A stretch of 64,000 nt of DNA from Paraspadella gotoi (taxonomy: Eukaryota; Animalia; Chaetognatha). Shown piece after piece: positions 24,135 through 36,784 of this stretch. The stretch is taken from contig CM119268.1 of NCBI GenBank assembly GCA_051294375.1, positions 9,061,187 through 9,125,186 of the forward strand, given 5' to 3'. Under the pieces are notes generated by a model. It did not search any database, was not told where the DNA came from, and worked only from the letters and a program-made list of their open reading frames with translations. How positions within the stretch are numbered: position 1 is the first letter of the stretch; each line of letters begins with the position of its first letter. Made by a program: the position numbers and the translations under genes.

Positions 24135-26000
24135 ATCTCTCTTTCTGCTCTCTCTCTCGGAGAATACGCATGACTCGTCGGCCACCCGGAAATGATCATG
24201 TGCGCTGAGAGTCCTTAAATGTTAACGTCGCTTTTTGTAGAGTTGTTGTAGAGTTGTAGAGTATTTAGTGTGTAGTATATCCTATATACTATATAGTTTG
24301 TAGGTTCACCTGATTTTCCGCGAGAGTGACACACGTCCCCACGTGACCGCTAATTGTTGTTAACAATTGTTGACATCATAGTCCCGACCCCAATTTTAAC
24401 GAGGACCGAAAATCGTCCTTGTCTCTCACCACCAACGCTGTCGTAAACTTCAACGCTTAAGCATAAAATATTAGTTTATTAATAATTTTTACTATTTTTC
24501 ACTTTGTCCTTGAATTTCGTCCTACAATCCTTTATTAATCCTCCTTGCGTCGACAGGAAAGAAAAAAAAAACGAAACTCGCATAATTTCNNNNNNNNNNN
24601 NNNNNNNNNNNNNNNNNNNNNNNNNNNNNNNNNNNNNNNNNNNNNNNNNNNNNNNNNNNNNNNNNNNNNNNNNNNNNNNNNNNNNNNNNNNNNNNNNNNN
24701 NNNNNNNNNNNNNNNNNNNNNNNNNNNNNNNNNNNNNNNNNNNNNNNNNNNNNNNNNNNNNNNNNNNNNNNNNNNNNNNNNNNNNNNNNNNNNNNNNNNN
24801 NNNNNNNNNNNNNNNNNNNNNNNNNNNNNNNNNNNNNNNNNNTTCTTTCTTCTTTCTTTTTTTCTCTCTCTCTGTCTTTCTTTCTTTCTTTCCTTCTTTT
24901 TTCTTTCTTTCTATCTTTCTTTCTTTTTTTCTTTCTTTCTTTTTTTTCTCTCTCTCTATCTCTTTCTCTCTATCTCTCTCTCTCGCGGGCTTTTTAGCGA
25001 ATATTGATTACGAGTAAAACAAAACAGTCTGGAAAGAAAGTTGAAGACGTTTTAAAAGGCATCGTTTTGCATATTTTTAGTTCATTTTGGAAAGTAACTA
25101 ATTTACTTATATATTTAAAAGAACTACAAACTTTTTAATTATTGTCATTACTTTCATAATTAGGTATTTACTGGGAGTTAATAAACTTGACTCAGATTGA
25201 TTGATTGATTGAAAACAGGCAAGCTATGTTATTATTAACCCACCGTTGACAATTACATGTCAAAAGTCAGGGGTAAAATAGCATAACTTCCATATTCAAT
25301 TTATACCAATTTCATTAGAACTATACTTACATATAACTAAATCTGTTCATGTTAAAGATAGTAATATTGCGGACATACCATTACCATTTTCCGTCGTCAG
25401 GTTTTAATTTTTTATTACATTCCATTTCAAATCATTCAATTATAAAATAAAGGAAGTTTCAGATGGAAAGAGAAAAAGGCTTTCAACCTTTGGGTTCACC
25501 GATTTTCCCAATTAAAATGCAAATTGAGATAGATAGGGGAGTGGGGGAAGAGAGAGAGAGAGNNNNNNNNNNNNNNNNNNNNNNNNNNNNNNNNNNNNNN
25601 NNNNNNNNNNNNNNNNNNNNNNNNNNNNNNNNNNNNNNNNNNNNNNNNNNNNNNNNNNNNNNNNNNNNNNNNNNNNNNNNNNNNNNNNNNNNNNNNNNNN
25701 NNNNNNNNNNNNNNNNNNNNNNNNNNNNNNNNNNNNNNNNNNNNNNNNNNNNNNNNNNNNNNNNNNNNNNNNNNNNNNNNNNNNNNNNNNNNNNNNNNNN
25801 NNNNNNNNNTGGTCACAAATTTTCGTTTTTGTTGTTTAAAATTAAAGAGTTGCAAACTCGACTCGTAAATTTCTTATACATTTTTATTAATTGCGTCTGG
25901 CTAAAAAAGACAGCCTGTCACGAAATAATCTTTTTTAGTCTATGAGCCTTGCCAAAAGGATGTCCCCATTTTGCCAAAAACGAAGCAACAGGAAGAAGAT

Positions 26001-26099
<99 letters not shown>
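26001..26099. repeat. (GAAA)n microsatellite
   Basis: About 24 perfect units. Confidence 0.98.
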
Positions 26100-26646
26100 G
26101 GAAAGAAAGAAAAAAATAAAGACAGAAAAAAAAGAAAAGTTTTTTCTGATTTTTTCCATTTTAACACAAGACAGGTTTGTAGTAATTTTAGTTTATATAT
26201 ATAAAAATATTTGGGTTAAATAATAATTTAAAATTCGCGTTCTATTGAATGGTAACTTTAAATTCCCGTGTCAAACCGGAGGCTCAATCTGTCAGACGCC
26301 TGATTAGGAGCGGAGACAGAACGACGACGACGACGACGACGACGACATAAGCCTAACGAGAAATGGCAGGAATTATCAGTGGAATTCTTTTTTCCATTAA
26401 ATGACATGTCGAAACGAATTATTATGATGATATTTATTTATATATATATATATATATTTATATATATTTATAATTATTATGATGATGACGATATATTGAT
26501 TATGACGATGATGATATTGATCGAAACGATCATATATATTCAATAATTCAATATATCAATCCAAATATATTTGTCATTTTCAAACCAGCCTCGCCTCACA
26601 CCTTATTCTTCACAGTCCTCGCCGAGTTAGTGAGAATCCGACTCAC

Positions 26647-26750
26647 GACTCCTCGTCCTTGTTTGTCACGAACCCGTCACGTGACCGGGGCTGGCCTCCC
26701 ATCGCGTCACTGCGGAATCTTTTTATGATTCTCATAATCTCATCTTCGGT
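26647..26750 (-). CDS. Probable exon (EDEIMRIIKRFRSDAMGGQPRSRDGFVTNKDEES)
   Basis: GC-rich open frame ending at a perfect GTGAGT donor (26646-26641); acceptor unclear near the gap. Confidence 0.45.
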
Positions 26751-27148
26751 GGAAAGAAGAAAAAAAAAAAGGGGAGGAANNNNNNNNNNNNNNNNNNNNN
26801 NNNNAGAAAGAGAAGAAACCAAAAAATAAGAAAGAGAATCCGGAAACAACAAAAAAAAGAGAGATGAAAAGAAAAACAGAAGAAAAGAGGACGAGAGAAG
26901 GAGGAAAAAGAGAGCGAAAGAGAGAGAGAGATGAGAGAGAGAGAGAGGAGAGAGAGCAGGAGAGAAGAGAGAGAGAAGAGAAGGAGAGAGAGAAGAGGAA
27001 AGAGAAGAGAAAGAGGAGAGAGGAAACAGAAAAAAAAACAAATAAGAGCGAGAAGAAGAGGAGACTAGGAGATCCAGAGAAGAAAAGAGAGAAAGGAAAA
27101 AAAGAAGAGAGAAGAGAAGATGAGAGAGAGAGAGAAGAGAGAGAGAGA

Positions 27149-27196
<48 letters not shown>

Positions 27197-27263
27197 TGAG
27201 AGAGAGAGAGAAGAGAAGAGGAGAGAGAGAGATGGAGAGAGAGAGAGAGAGAGAGAGAAGATG

Positions 27264-27303
<40 letters not shown>

Positions 27304-27410
27304 GAATTGTGGCCCGTACGAGAAATTTTGTCTTTCTTTCCGACTTTTTACCTCCACTACTTTTTTTTTTTTTTTTCCTCCATTTTTTTTCTTTTTCTTT
27401 TTTCTTTGAA

Positions 27411-29756
27411 GTAAAATAACAATACTTTTTTATTTGCTTAATTTTTAATCTTCGGTACTCTCTCTTTCTCTCTTTGCAATGCAACCGATCCTATGCCCTC
27501 ATTTCTGCTCTCAGTCTCTTCCTCCTCTCTCTCTTCTCTCTCTCTCTCTTCTTTGCAATTGCGACGATCCTTATGCTCATTTTTCTGCTCTCTCTCTCTC
27601 TCTTCTCCTCTCTCTCTCTCATTTGCATTGCGACGATTCCTTTTATGTCTCTTAATGATTTTTTTAAACTTGTATTAATTTTTCCTGCTTGCATATTTTT
27701 TCAAACTGCATATAATTTTTTAAATTAGAATCATAATATAATAAAGATTCAAGTTAAACGTGACTTATTTTTTTTCCATTTAAAACTTATTTTCCACTGC
27801 ACAAATCGTCAATTAACTTTATATCTTGCCTTCTTTCAATCATTTCACCTTTTCCACCCGCTCACTAAAATTTCCCTCAATCTATTAATGTGGTTAAAAT
27901 AAATTGTAAATACAGATTCAAGTAAATGTTGAATCATATTTTTTTTTCATTTAAACTCATTTCTCCTTCGTACGTTCCACGAACTTATATCAAGCATCGT
28001 TACATTATTCTATTCTACCCACACAAAAATATTTGAACTCAACTAATCATTTTTCAATTGATTTAATTAATACTTATTGGTTAAAATAAGTAAAAATATT
28101 TTAGTTAAATGCGACTTATGTTTTTTCCAATATCTTAAACTCATTCTACCACACATCTCATCGTAAACTTTATTCAGCTTTATCTACACACTTCCTACCA
28201 CACATTTTACACACAATTTCATTCCAATCCAACCAGCCAATCACGAGTTATTGAGCTTTTTGCTAAGCTTAGGAAAGGATGGATCGGACTTGATTGACTG
28301 ATTAATTAATTATTTGAATTAATTAATTGACCTAATTGATAATAACTGATTATATTTATTTGATTAATTAATACATCCTGTAATACATTTTATATAAAAA
28401 GGAACAAAGAATCCATAAATCAATTAGTGAACAGGTTATTTGTTTTTTTCCATTTAACTCATTTCCACTCAAAATATTTCCATCGAACTTGGTTTTCTGG
28501 TTCAATCACACACTTTTCTACTCACATAACAAAATTCCAGTCAATTGATTAATTAAGTGGGTAATTAAGCTACACCTTGGTCACTTGCATAATTTAATCA
28601 CTGCATAATTGGTCAATCTGACATAATTGGTAACTGACTATTTTTTTCATAATTTGGTCTATCTGACATAATTTTGTCACTTCACGTATATAATTGGTCA
28701 CTGACATTTATTTGATGCAATTAAGATAATTTGGTCAACCAGTCATAATTTGGTCAACTTGCTATTATTTAATCACTGGCCTATATTTGGTTCATACTGG
28801 CCATAATTTTTGTCTCACAGCAAATTTTGGTCAACTTGCAGAACTTCTGATCATAACTTCGATAACTTTTGTCAATACTGGCATAATTGGTACAATTTCA
28901 AATCAATCAACAATAACTCAATCAATCTCAATCAATAATCAAATCAATCATCAAACAATCACGAAATAGATACGAGAGAGAGAACTTTAAAAAAATTCAA
29001 ATAACCAAGTGTTTGGTTTCTAATTGAAACCCTTTTCCACTCCTACATATCCATCAAAAAAATTTTTCTATCGCTTTTATCACATACTTTCTACCCACAC
29101 ACAAAATCAATTTCGATTATCTATCCAAAATTTTACACTCAAACATAATAATTATCAGTAAATTTAAGTAAAATACTTCAAGTAAATATGACTTTGTTCT
29201 TTTTTCATTTTACACATTTCCAACTCGCAACGATTCCATCGAAACTTTTATCATCCAGCTCAATCACCCCCACTTTCCTACCATCATACAAAAATTTCCA
29301 AGTCAATAGCCCATCCACCATCGAAGCATTGGCGTTCAAAAGTGAAATATAATTTTTTGGTTTTTTCCACTTGGTAAAACCATCTTCACTGCAACGTTCC
29401 TCGAAAACTATACATATTACCATTCTCAACACACAGATTACTACCATCACCACATCAAAATTTCATCCAATTCATCCCAACTCCAATCATGCCTCATTAG
29501 GAGTATTTTGGACCGGCTGAAGGAGTTGGATCCGGGTACTGAGTAATACGGAAACGGACCGGACCGACATCGTCCTTTTGCGTTTTTTTTGTCGACAATA
29601 ATTAAAAAATCGATAAAAAATCAAATAGAATAAAAAACAACGACAAATAAGCAAGTGATGTGGCCCAATGAACAATCTATCCAGGGGGCGGAACCGACGG
29701 ACCGACAAAGTGAATTATAGAGTCGGGATCTGCTGATAAGCCAATCCGACTAAAAA
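27411..29756 (-). mobile_element. Inverted, 3'-truncated, noisy copy of the long HINE-like element (left palindrome arm)
   Basis: Reverse complement of 29793-31819 with the same module order: head, internal units, 17-bp array and the gcataaggatcgtcgcaattgcaaa(GA)n block. Confidence 0.8.
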
Positions 29757-29792
29757 CCGCATTCTTTTAATGGTATATGGAAGCGTCAGTAA

Positions 29793-32261
29793 TTTTTATC
29801 GTCGATCTGCTTATCAGCAGCACCCGACTCTATATACTTCACTTTTTCGGTCGTCGGTCCGCCCCTCAATATTTTGTCGGGCACACACACTTATATCATG
29901 TCAGAACATCGATTATGATAATTATGCAAAAAAATGATGTCCGTCCGTCTGCTGTCCGTCCGTCGTCGTCCTCGGCCGTCCGTCGTCCGTCCCACCTTAG
30001 CAAAAAACTCCAATTACCGTGATTGGAGGATGGATTGGTATGAATTTTGTGTGTGGGTAGGAACTGTCTGATTGAGATGGATATGAAGTTTCGAGGGAAT
30101 CGTGCGAGTGGAAACTTGGTTAAAATGGAAAAAACAAAAAAATATATTTCACTATTTGGAACGCCATTGCTCATGATGTGATAGTGCAATTGACTTGAAA
30201 TTTGTATGATGGTAGGCAAAGTGGTGATTGAGCCAGATATAAAGTTTCGATGGATCGTGCGGAGTGGAAATGAGTAAAAAATGGAAAAAACAAAATCATA
30301 TTTACTTGAAGCTATTTATTACTTAAATTTACTCATAATATTTTGTTTATTAAAAATTGGATAGTAAATCGAAATTAATTTTGTGTGTGGTAGGAAAGTA
30401 TGTGATAAAGCGGATAAAAATTTTTTGATGGAATCGTAGGGTGGAAAAGATTCAAACTAGAAAACCAAAAGACACATTTATTTGAATTTTTAAATTTCTC
30501 TCTCTCTCGCTTGATTGATTGATGATGATGATTGATTGATTGACCAAATTTATGCTAATTGACCAATTATGCCAGTTGACCAAATCTGAGTTAATCAACG
30601 TTTTGTAAGTTGACCATATTATGCCTGTGACCAAATTAGCTAGTTGATAAATTATGCCAGTTAATCAATTATGCCGCGTTGACCAAATTATCGTTAATTG
30701 ATCAAATTATGTCAGTTGACAAATTATGTCAGTTGACCAAATTATGTCATAGACCAAATTATGTCAGTTAACCAATTTATGTCAGTTGACCAATTATGCA
30801 GTTGATTAAATTATGCAAGTTGACCAAGATAGCTTATTACCACTTAATTATCGATTGACCTGGAATTTTGTATGTGAGTAGAAAAGTGTGTGATTGTAAC
30901 AGGAAACCAAGTTTCGATGGAATCTTGAGTGGAAATGATTTAAAATGGAAAAACAAAAAACACTGTTTCCTAATTGATTTATGCTCTTTTTCCTTTTATA
31001 ATTAAACTTATGCAGGATGTATTAATAAGTCAAATAATTAACAGTTAATTAATCAATTGCATTAATTAATAAATAATTAATACAGTCAATCAACCGTCCA
31101 TCCGTCCACCTTACAAAAAAGCCCCAATAACCGTGATTGGCTTGTTGATTGAAATTAATTTTGTGTGTGGGTAGGAAAGGTGTGATAAAGCTGGATATAA
31201 GTTTCGACGGAATCGTGTGAGTGAAATGGTAAGTGGAAAAAACAAAGGTCGCATTACTAAAATCTTTTTACTCTATTTTAACCAATAAGTACTCTAATTA
31301 ACTCATAATGGATGGATAGATTGAGTTCAAATTTTTTGTTGGGTAGAAAAATGTGTATTCGCTGCTTGATATAAAGTTTCGGTGGAAACGTTAAGAGTGG
31401 AAAATGAGTTAAATGAAAAAAACTATGAGTCACATTTACTTGAATTTTTTACTTATTTTAACCATACATAGATTGAGACTGAATTTTTGTGAGCGGTAGG
31501 AAAGTGTGTGAAAAAAGCTAGATATAAAGTTTTGACGGAATTGTGCAGTGGAATGAGTTTAAATGAAAAAAAAAGTCACACTTTACTGAAGCAGAAAATG
31601 ACTACAAGTTAAAAAAATCCTAAAAGCATAAGGATCGTCGCAATTGCAAAGAGAGAGAGAGAAGAGATAGAGAAGAGAGAGAGAGAGAGAGCAGTAAAAT
31701 GAGCATAAGGACGTCGCAATTTCAAAGAGGAGAGAGAGAGAGAGAGATAGAGAGAGAGAAAGATAGAAAGAGAGAGAGTCCGAGATAAAAATTAGCGAAT
31801 AAAAAAGTTGTTATTTTACTCACTGAATAAAAATACTTAAAATACTTACAAAATACATAAATTGATAAATTATATTCGATAACATTGTTTATCACGCAAT
31901 ATATCTACTAGGCCCTAGATATCTTGTAAGGCGGCCAAAATTGAACACTTTTTATAACTTCTAGTTCTCTTTAATTTTTTTTCCCTTTTACTCACTAATC
32001 CGATTTTCAATATAACTTTCTGAATTAGTCATTGGGTTGTTGCACTGAAGCTTTAAATATTTATTAATATAATCAATATACAAAGTATTGACGAATTGTG
32101 CCAGGGAAATGAGTTTAGATGGAAAAAACATAAAGTCACATTTACTTGAATCTTAAATATTAAGATTACTAATAAATCTTTTAATTAATTAATTAATGTG
32201 AAAAAATGATGCAAGTTTAAAAAAAATTTGAAAAGCATAAAGATTTTCGCAAATGCAGAAA

Positions 32262-32309
<48 letters not shown>

Positions 32310-32557
32310 TCGAGTGAGTGAGACGGAGAGAGAAGGAGACATAAGAATAACATAGAGGATATTTGTTTGTTTTGATAAAATGTAAACCAAACATATTTAA
32401 TAACTGTCCTAACCAATTTTAAGGACATCGATGATGATAAGTTGAATATAATTTAAAATTAATTATTACATATTAAATTAATAATTAATTAATCATTATT
32501 AATTAATTAATTAATTATCGTAGGCAGATCCGCATTGTGGGTTGCTCAAACTTGTTT
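29793..32557 (+). mobile_element. Full-length (~2.76 kb) non-autonomous Helentron/HINE (DINE-1-like) element
   Basis: 5' T-run + gatctgcttatcagcag hairpin/subterminal repeat, (GTCC)n, about 7-8 degenerate ~150-190 bp internal units and a 17-bp array. The 3' end is gcagatccg + short stem-loop + cttgttt. This matches the described HINE architecture; no coding capacity. Confidence 0.75.
30541..30826 (+). repeat. 17-bp tandem array (cagttgaccaaattatg; 17-18 bp units)
   Basis: Roughly 15 degenerate units; inverse array at 28578-28892 and another at 36158-36335. Confidence 0.9.
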
Positions 32558-33413
32558 CTTTACTCAATCGACAGGTCTTTGCGGAAAAATTTTTGCGAAA
32601 AAATCGGTCTATTTTTTAAAATCTGCTAGGCAACAAATTTTGATAAATCATACGCTACCCCAAGATTTTAAGATTTTTACATCCATATGATATAAATCCA
32701 AAAATGGATGAGAATTAAAAAAAGATAAGAGAAGAGAGGCATAGGGTGAAAAAAAAATTTGCAGGGAGAGAGAGATAGATTGGAAAGAAATCTAAATATA
32801 GAGGGAGAAGGGGGGAGAACGAAAACAATTAAGAGAAAAGAAAAGATAAGCAAATAGGAGAAAGAGAATTAGAGAGGAGAGAAAGCAGAGTAGGAAGGAA
32901 GGGAAATAAAGGTAAACGGGAAGAAAAGAAGGGATGACACAGAGAAATGTATTGAGACAGAAAGTCGGAGAAAGGGAGAGAAGACAGAGAAAGAGAAAAA
33001 AGAGAGGGCAAAAGAGAGGGATCAAGAGAACATCAAGAAAATAGTAAAAAAAATTGGAAAAATAGTTCTAAATATAGCGTGCCATTGCCTAAACTGTAGT
33101 ATATCTAAAAAACGATCTGACGAGTAATTTAATCTTTAGAAAGTTTCCTTACCATGAAAATTCGTTTTAGTTTCAATAATTAGGGCAGATACCATAATTA
33201 GAATGATTAAGGTAAAGAAATTATATAAATACCGTATTATTGAAAGCATAAGAAATTCACCAGTAAGTTCTATGTTATAAAGGAGAAATATCTATAGCCA
33301 ACCTTTTTTTTAAATAAAGCGTATTTTATATTAATCAGTGGAAAGAAAAGAAATAATAGTTATATAAGTTCAATTTTATTGTTGAAATACTCGAATAGAA
33401 ATAACTGCCATAT

Positions 33414-33683
33414 GTAGTCGGGCTATTGCCTAGGTACACCCCCGCATATAAACGATTCTATTCTAATACTTAAATCATAATGCAGTGGTTCATTGAGTAA
33501 AGGCCGTCAGCTTGTAATCACTAGGCACCGGGTTCAATCCTAACCCTGTACCTACCCTGAGGGAAAGATGAGGACGGCCATAAACGCCCTTGGCGTAGAA
33601 AACCCTGCAAGCTGGTTCAAAGCCTATGACCGTTGCATGGCTGTTAGAAGGGGGTTTAGAAAGTTGCGTATATGACACTTCAG
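33414..33683 (+). mobile_element. tRNA-headed SINE-like element / Pol III RNA, copy A
   Basis: A-box-like TGGTTCATTGAG (33486) and B-box GGTTCAATCC (33531-33540); body homologous to 37664-37923 on the opposite strand. Confidence 0.7.
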
Positions 33684-33769
33684 TAGGGTTCGAGCGAATG
33701 GAACAATGTGTGTTTGTATATGTATAAAAAAATATTTTATATTTTTTTATTACAATATCATAAATTGAA

Positions 33770-34660
33770 TTTTCTTTATAATAATATCCTTATAAAATCA
33801 TTAAATTTCAAAATCCTATTTTTTAAATTTAAGAACAGATTCGGGTTGCCGAAAAAATAATGATTAAAAAGTTTTATCATATAATAGTTTCCTATTACAA
33901 ATAGTGAAATGTAAAGAATTTTGACTTTTTTTCCATTTTGATGCTGAAAACATAAAACATAAAGAATAAGGCATAAGAGAAAGTTACGTACAAAAAATTC
34001 TAAAGTCAATTATGAACAACATATCATCAGTAAACATTATTTGTAAAAAAATTAATTTATGTTTTTTTATTTTCGCAGTAGGTCTATATTATATATAGTA
34101 CATCCTTATAAAATTGAAAAATTTTAAAATAGGCTTTCTTATTTGATTTGCAGATTGAATTCTCCCGTCCAAAAAGTTGATAAAAGAAAATATAAATCAT
34201 TTTTAAAAATTCTTTCATTAATGAGTTAAAAATTTAAAAAACTATATTTAATATAATAAAAAATTATATTCAGCTTAAAATATAGTTTTTCTAATTTTGA
34301 CCCACTTAATGAACGAATTCTTTCAAAAAGAGTTATAATTTCTTTTTTATCAACTTTTTATGACAAATCTGAAATTCAGCAAAAAATCTTTAAAAAACTG
34401 TTTTGAAATTTTTAACATGTGGTTTAGTACTAGTATAGAATAGGGCCTACGTCGTAATTGTAAAACTTATTATTATTATTTTAATATATAATGTCATTAG
34501 TATAATGTTGTTCGTTCCTCACTTTTAGAATTTTAATTAAAGTTAAATTTAGAAATTTTACTACGCCTTATAAAAGATCAGAATATTTAATAAAGTTTTA
34601 CAAACAATTATTGGAAACTATTATATTTATAAGGGATATTACTATATAATATATTATAAT
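33770..34660. mobile_element. Degenerate AT-rich foldback/MITE-like inverted repeat
   Basis: Paired blocks 34171-34195/34333-34359, 33994-34006/34521-34534 and ~33880-33895/~34612-34627; internal direct repeat atccttataaaat at ~33786 and ~34102. Confidence 0.55.
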
Positions 34661-36099
34661 GAATGAAACTGTTCCCCAAACAATATAAGCAAATATTTTT
34701 TTTAAACTTAATCATACTACCTCGAGTTTAAGTATACTTGTTTGTTTACTCAAATAAATTTATGTTCCGCAGTCCTCACTCGTACTCTTCAGCTACTTAC
34801 GCGCCATATCCACATATATTATATAGCTCATAAGAAATTTTTGTTTATTTTTCTTTCAGATCGGCAATCGATCCTTCTCGGAAGGCCATTCGAGTTCATT
34901 CAATGTCGAAAGGGAAACTTACAAACAAATTGAAAAAGTTTTAGAAAATTTATCATTCTCTGATGGTTAATAAAGTTCTTTCCAGTTTTGTCTCGACCGA
35001 CGGTTTTGGAAATTCAGGCGTTGCAGCCTCGTAAGAATTAGAAGAATCAGGCACTGCGTCTTGAATGCAAGACTGACGTTGGCGATCTGGACAGAATATT
35101 TATAATTTTGTAAAAGGAAAAGTCCGGGTAATTCATAGGAAATAAAAATAATGTATAGTTAAAAGAGAGATAATTCCTTATTTGTATTGTAGGCGAAAAT
35201 TCAACATTTTTTCTAATAGAGATTTCCGTTCGAATCTGACTGCCCCAACTTTACAAACGACCTGCAAAGAAATTCCGGGTAGAAACAGTGTAAAAACACA
35301 CGATTCCGACAGCTTTGCATCTCAAGAGCTCGTTCCTTTCTTTTTGTGCATTTGATAAAGATTTACTATCAAACAAGCCAGAGTAAATGGACTACTTGTG
35401 TCCGGAGGATTTTCATACCTCATTTTTTTACTATATAAATGAAAGGGAAATTTCACTTTTTTAAAATTATAACGGATACGGTATGTAGCATTATAAATGA
35501 CACTTCAAATTTTGAGATTCCAAAACCTTGGTGTCCTAAAGCTCGTTCTATTTTTCTTTTTCATTATGACAATTTTTTTTATATTAAACTCAACATGAAA
35601 AAGTGATTAGTCAGTTTTATCGGAAATTTTTATTTAAAAAGAAATAAAAGAAAGTTGAGAGAAAAAACTTAGCTTTTCCTATATCTTTTGAAGGAACAAG
35701 GATAAAGGGATGGCAATAGTACCAAAATGAAGCCATAATCATAGGGACATACATAATACAATTTAGAATTACTTTTGCTGAAACCACCTTCAGGCGTGAG
35801 TGTCAAACTCAGTCAAAATTATAATGAATTTTAAAACTATTGACTATTTAACCTATTTAAAAACTTAAATAATAAATTAAAAATGGATGAATGACAGGTC
35901 TATAATTCTGAAGCTTTTACACGGATTTCAAGAGGGAGTTAAATGATAATGATCAAATACTGTGGCTAAATTATCTGATTATCAGATTATCAGATTTTGC
36001 ACCCTGGTAAAAAGAGCTGACGTTTTTTTTTTATTTTTCCAACTGCCCAGTAGTCCAGCGCTTGCCTACTTTCGTTTTAGTTATGTGCTCATCAATGAC

Positions 36100-36780
36100 A
36101 TGATCCCGACTCTATTAATCCACTTTGTCAGTCCGTCGGTCCGCGCCCTCCATTATATCAGTTGACCAAATTATGCCAGTTGATCAAATAAGTGCAAGTT
36201 GAATCAAATTAGTGCAAGTTGACTAAATTAATGCAAGTTGACTAAATAAGCAATTTAACTAAATATGCAAGTTGACTAAATTATGCAAGTTGACAAAATT
36301 ATGCAAATTACAAATTATGCAAAATTAGCAAATTATTCATGTTGGCATGCGAGCTACTGTAGGGAAGTCTGCGTAAGCGTCCGTGTCAAGTTGGTATAAA
36401 AACATTGATTTTCTTTGATATCTTTTGAACCCAAAATGATAGAACGATGAGACTGGTATCATATTAAAGCATATTATGGGCCATCTTTTCCATATAATTT
36501 TTAAAAATGTTTCTAAGGATTTTTTAAAATCTTGATCGGAATCTTAGTCAAAAGTATTAACAACTGTTTGAAATTAATAAACACACTTGGCCACATTTAA
36601 AAAAAATAAATAAATATAGATTCCATCGAAACTTCATATCCAGCTCAATCACAACACTTCCCTACCAGCACACAAAAATTTCATTCCAATCCATCCGATC
36701 CAATCATGAGTAATTGGTGTTTTTTGCTAAAGTGGGACGGACGGACGGACGGACGGACGGACATCGTTTTTTTTTGATAT
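36100..36780. mobile_element. Two HINE-family fragments in opposite orientation
   Basis: cccgactctat..cactttgtc.gtccgtcggtcc head plus 17-bp array (+, 36100-36335); reversed internal unit plus (GGAC)n (36600-36780). Confidence 0.7.
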
Positions 36781-36784
36781 TTAT

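Noticed and set aside
24504-27728. ORFs of RERE/SLSL/KKER/FIYL type and ORFs running through N gaps (throughout the window)
   Set aside because: Translations of microsatellites or unknown bases.
29757-29792. Sequencing adapter at the palindrome centre
   Set aside because: The spacer does not resemble the PacBio SMRTbell hairpin; an amplification fold-back remains possible.
30541-30826. CRISPR-like appearance of the 17-bp arrays and of the 41070-41262 motif array
   Set aside because: The 17-bp units are contiguous without spacers, the 41 kb motifs are too short and degenerate, there are no cas genes, and the context is eukaryotic.
33117-33150. CTGACGA...GAAA possible hammerhead (also minus-strand ctgacgacggaaa near 25390)
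   Set aside because: No convincing stems I-III and not within the pLTR repeat.
33479-33555. Functional tRNA gene
   Set aside because: A/B boxes are present but there is no proper cloverleaf or acceptor stem, and homology with the second copy extends well beyond tRNA length.
34860-35270. Possible small exons or transposase fragments
   Set aside because: Short frames with stops, conflicting strand signals and no recognisable motif.
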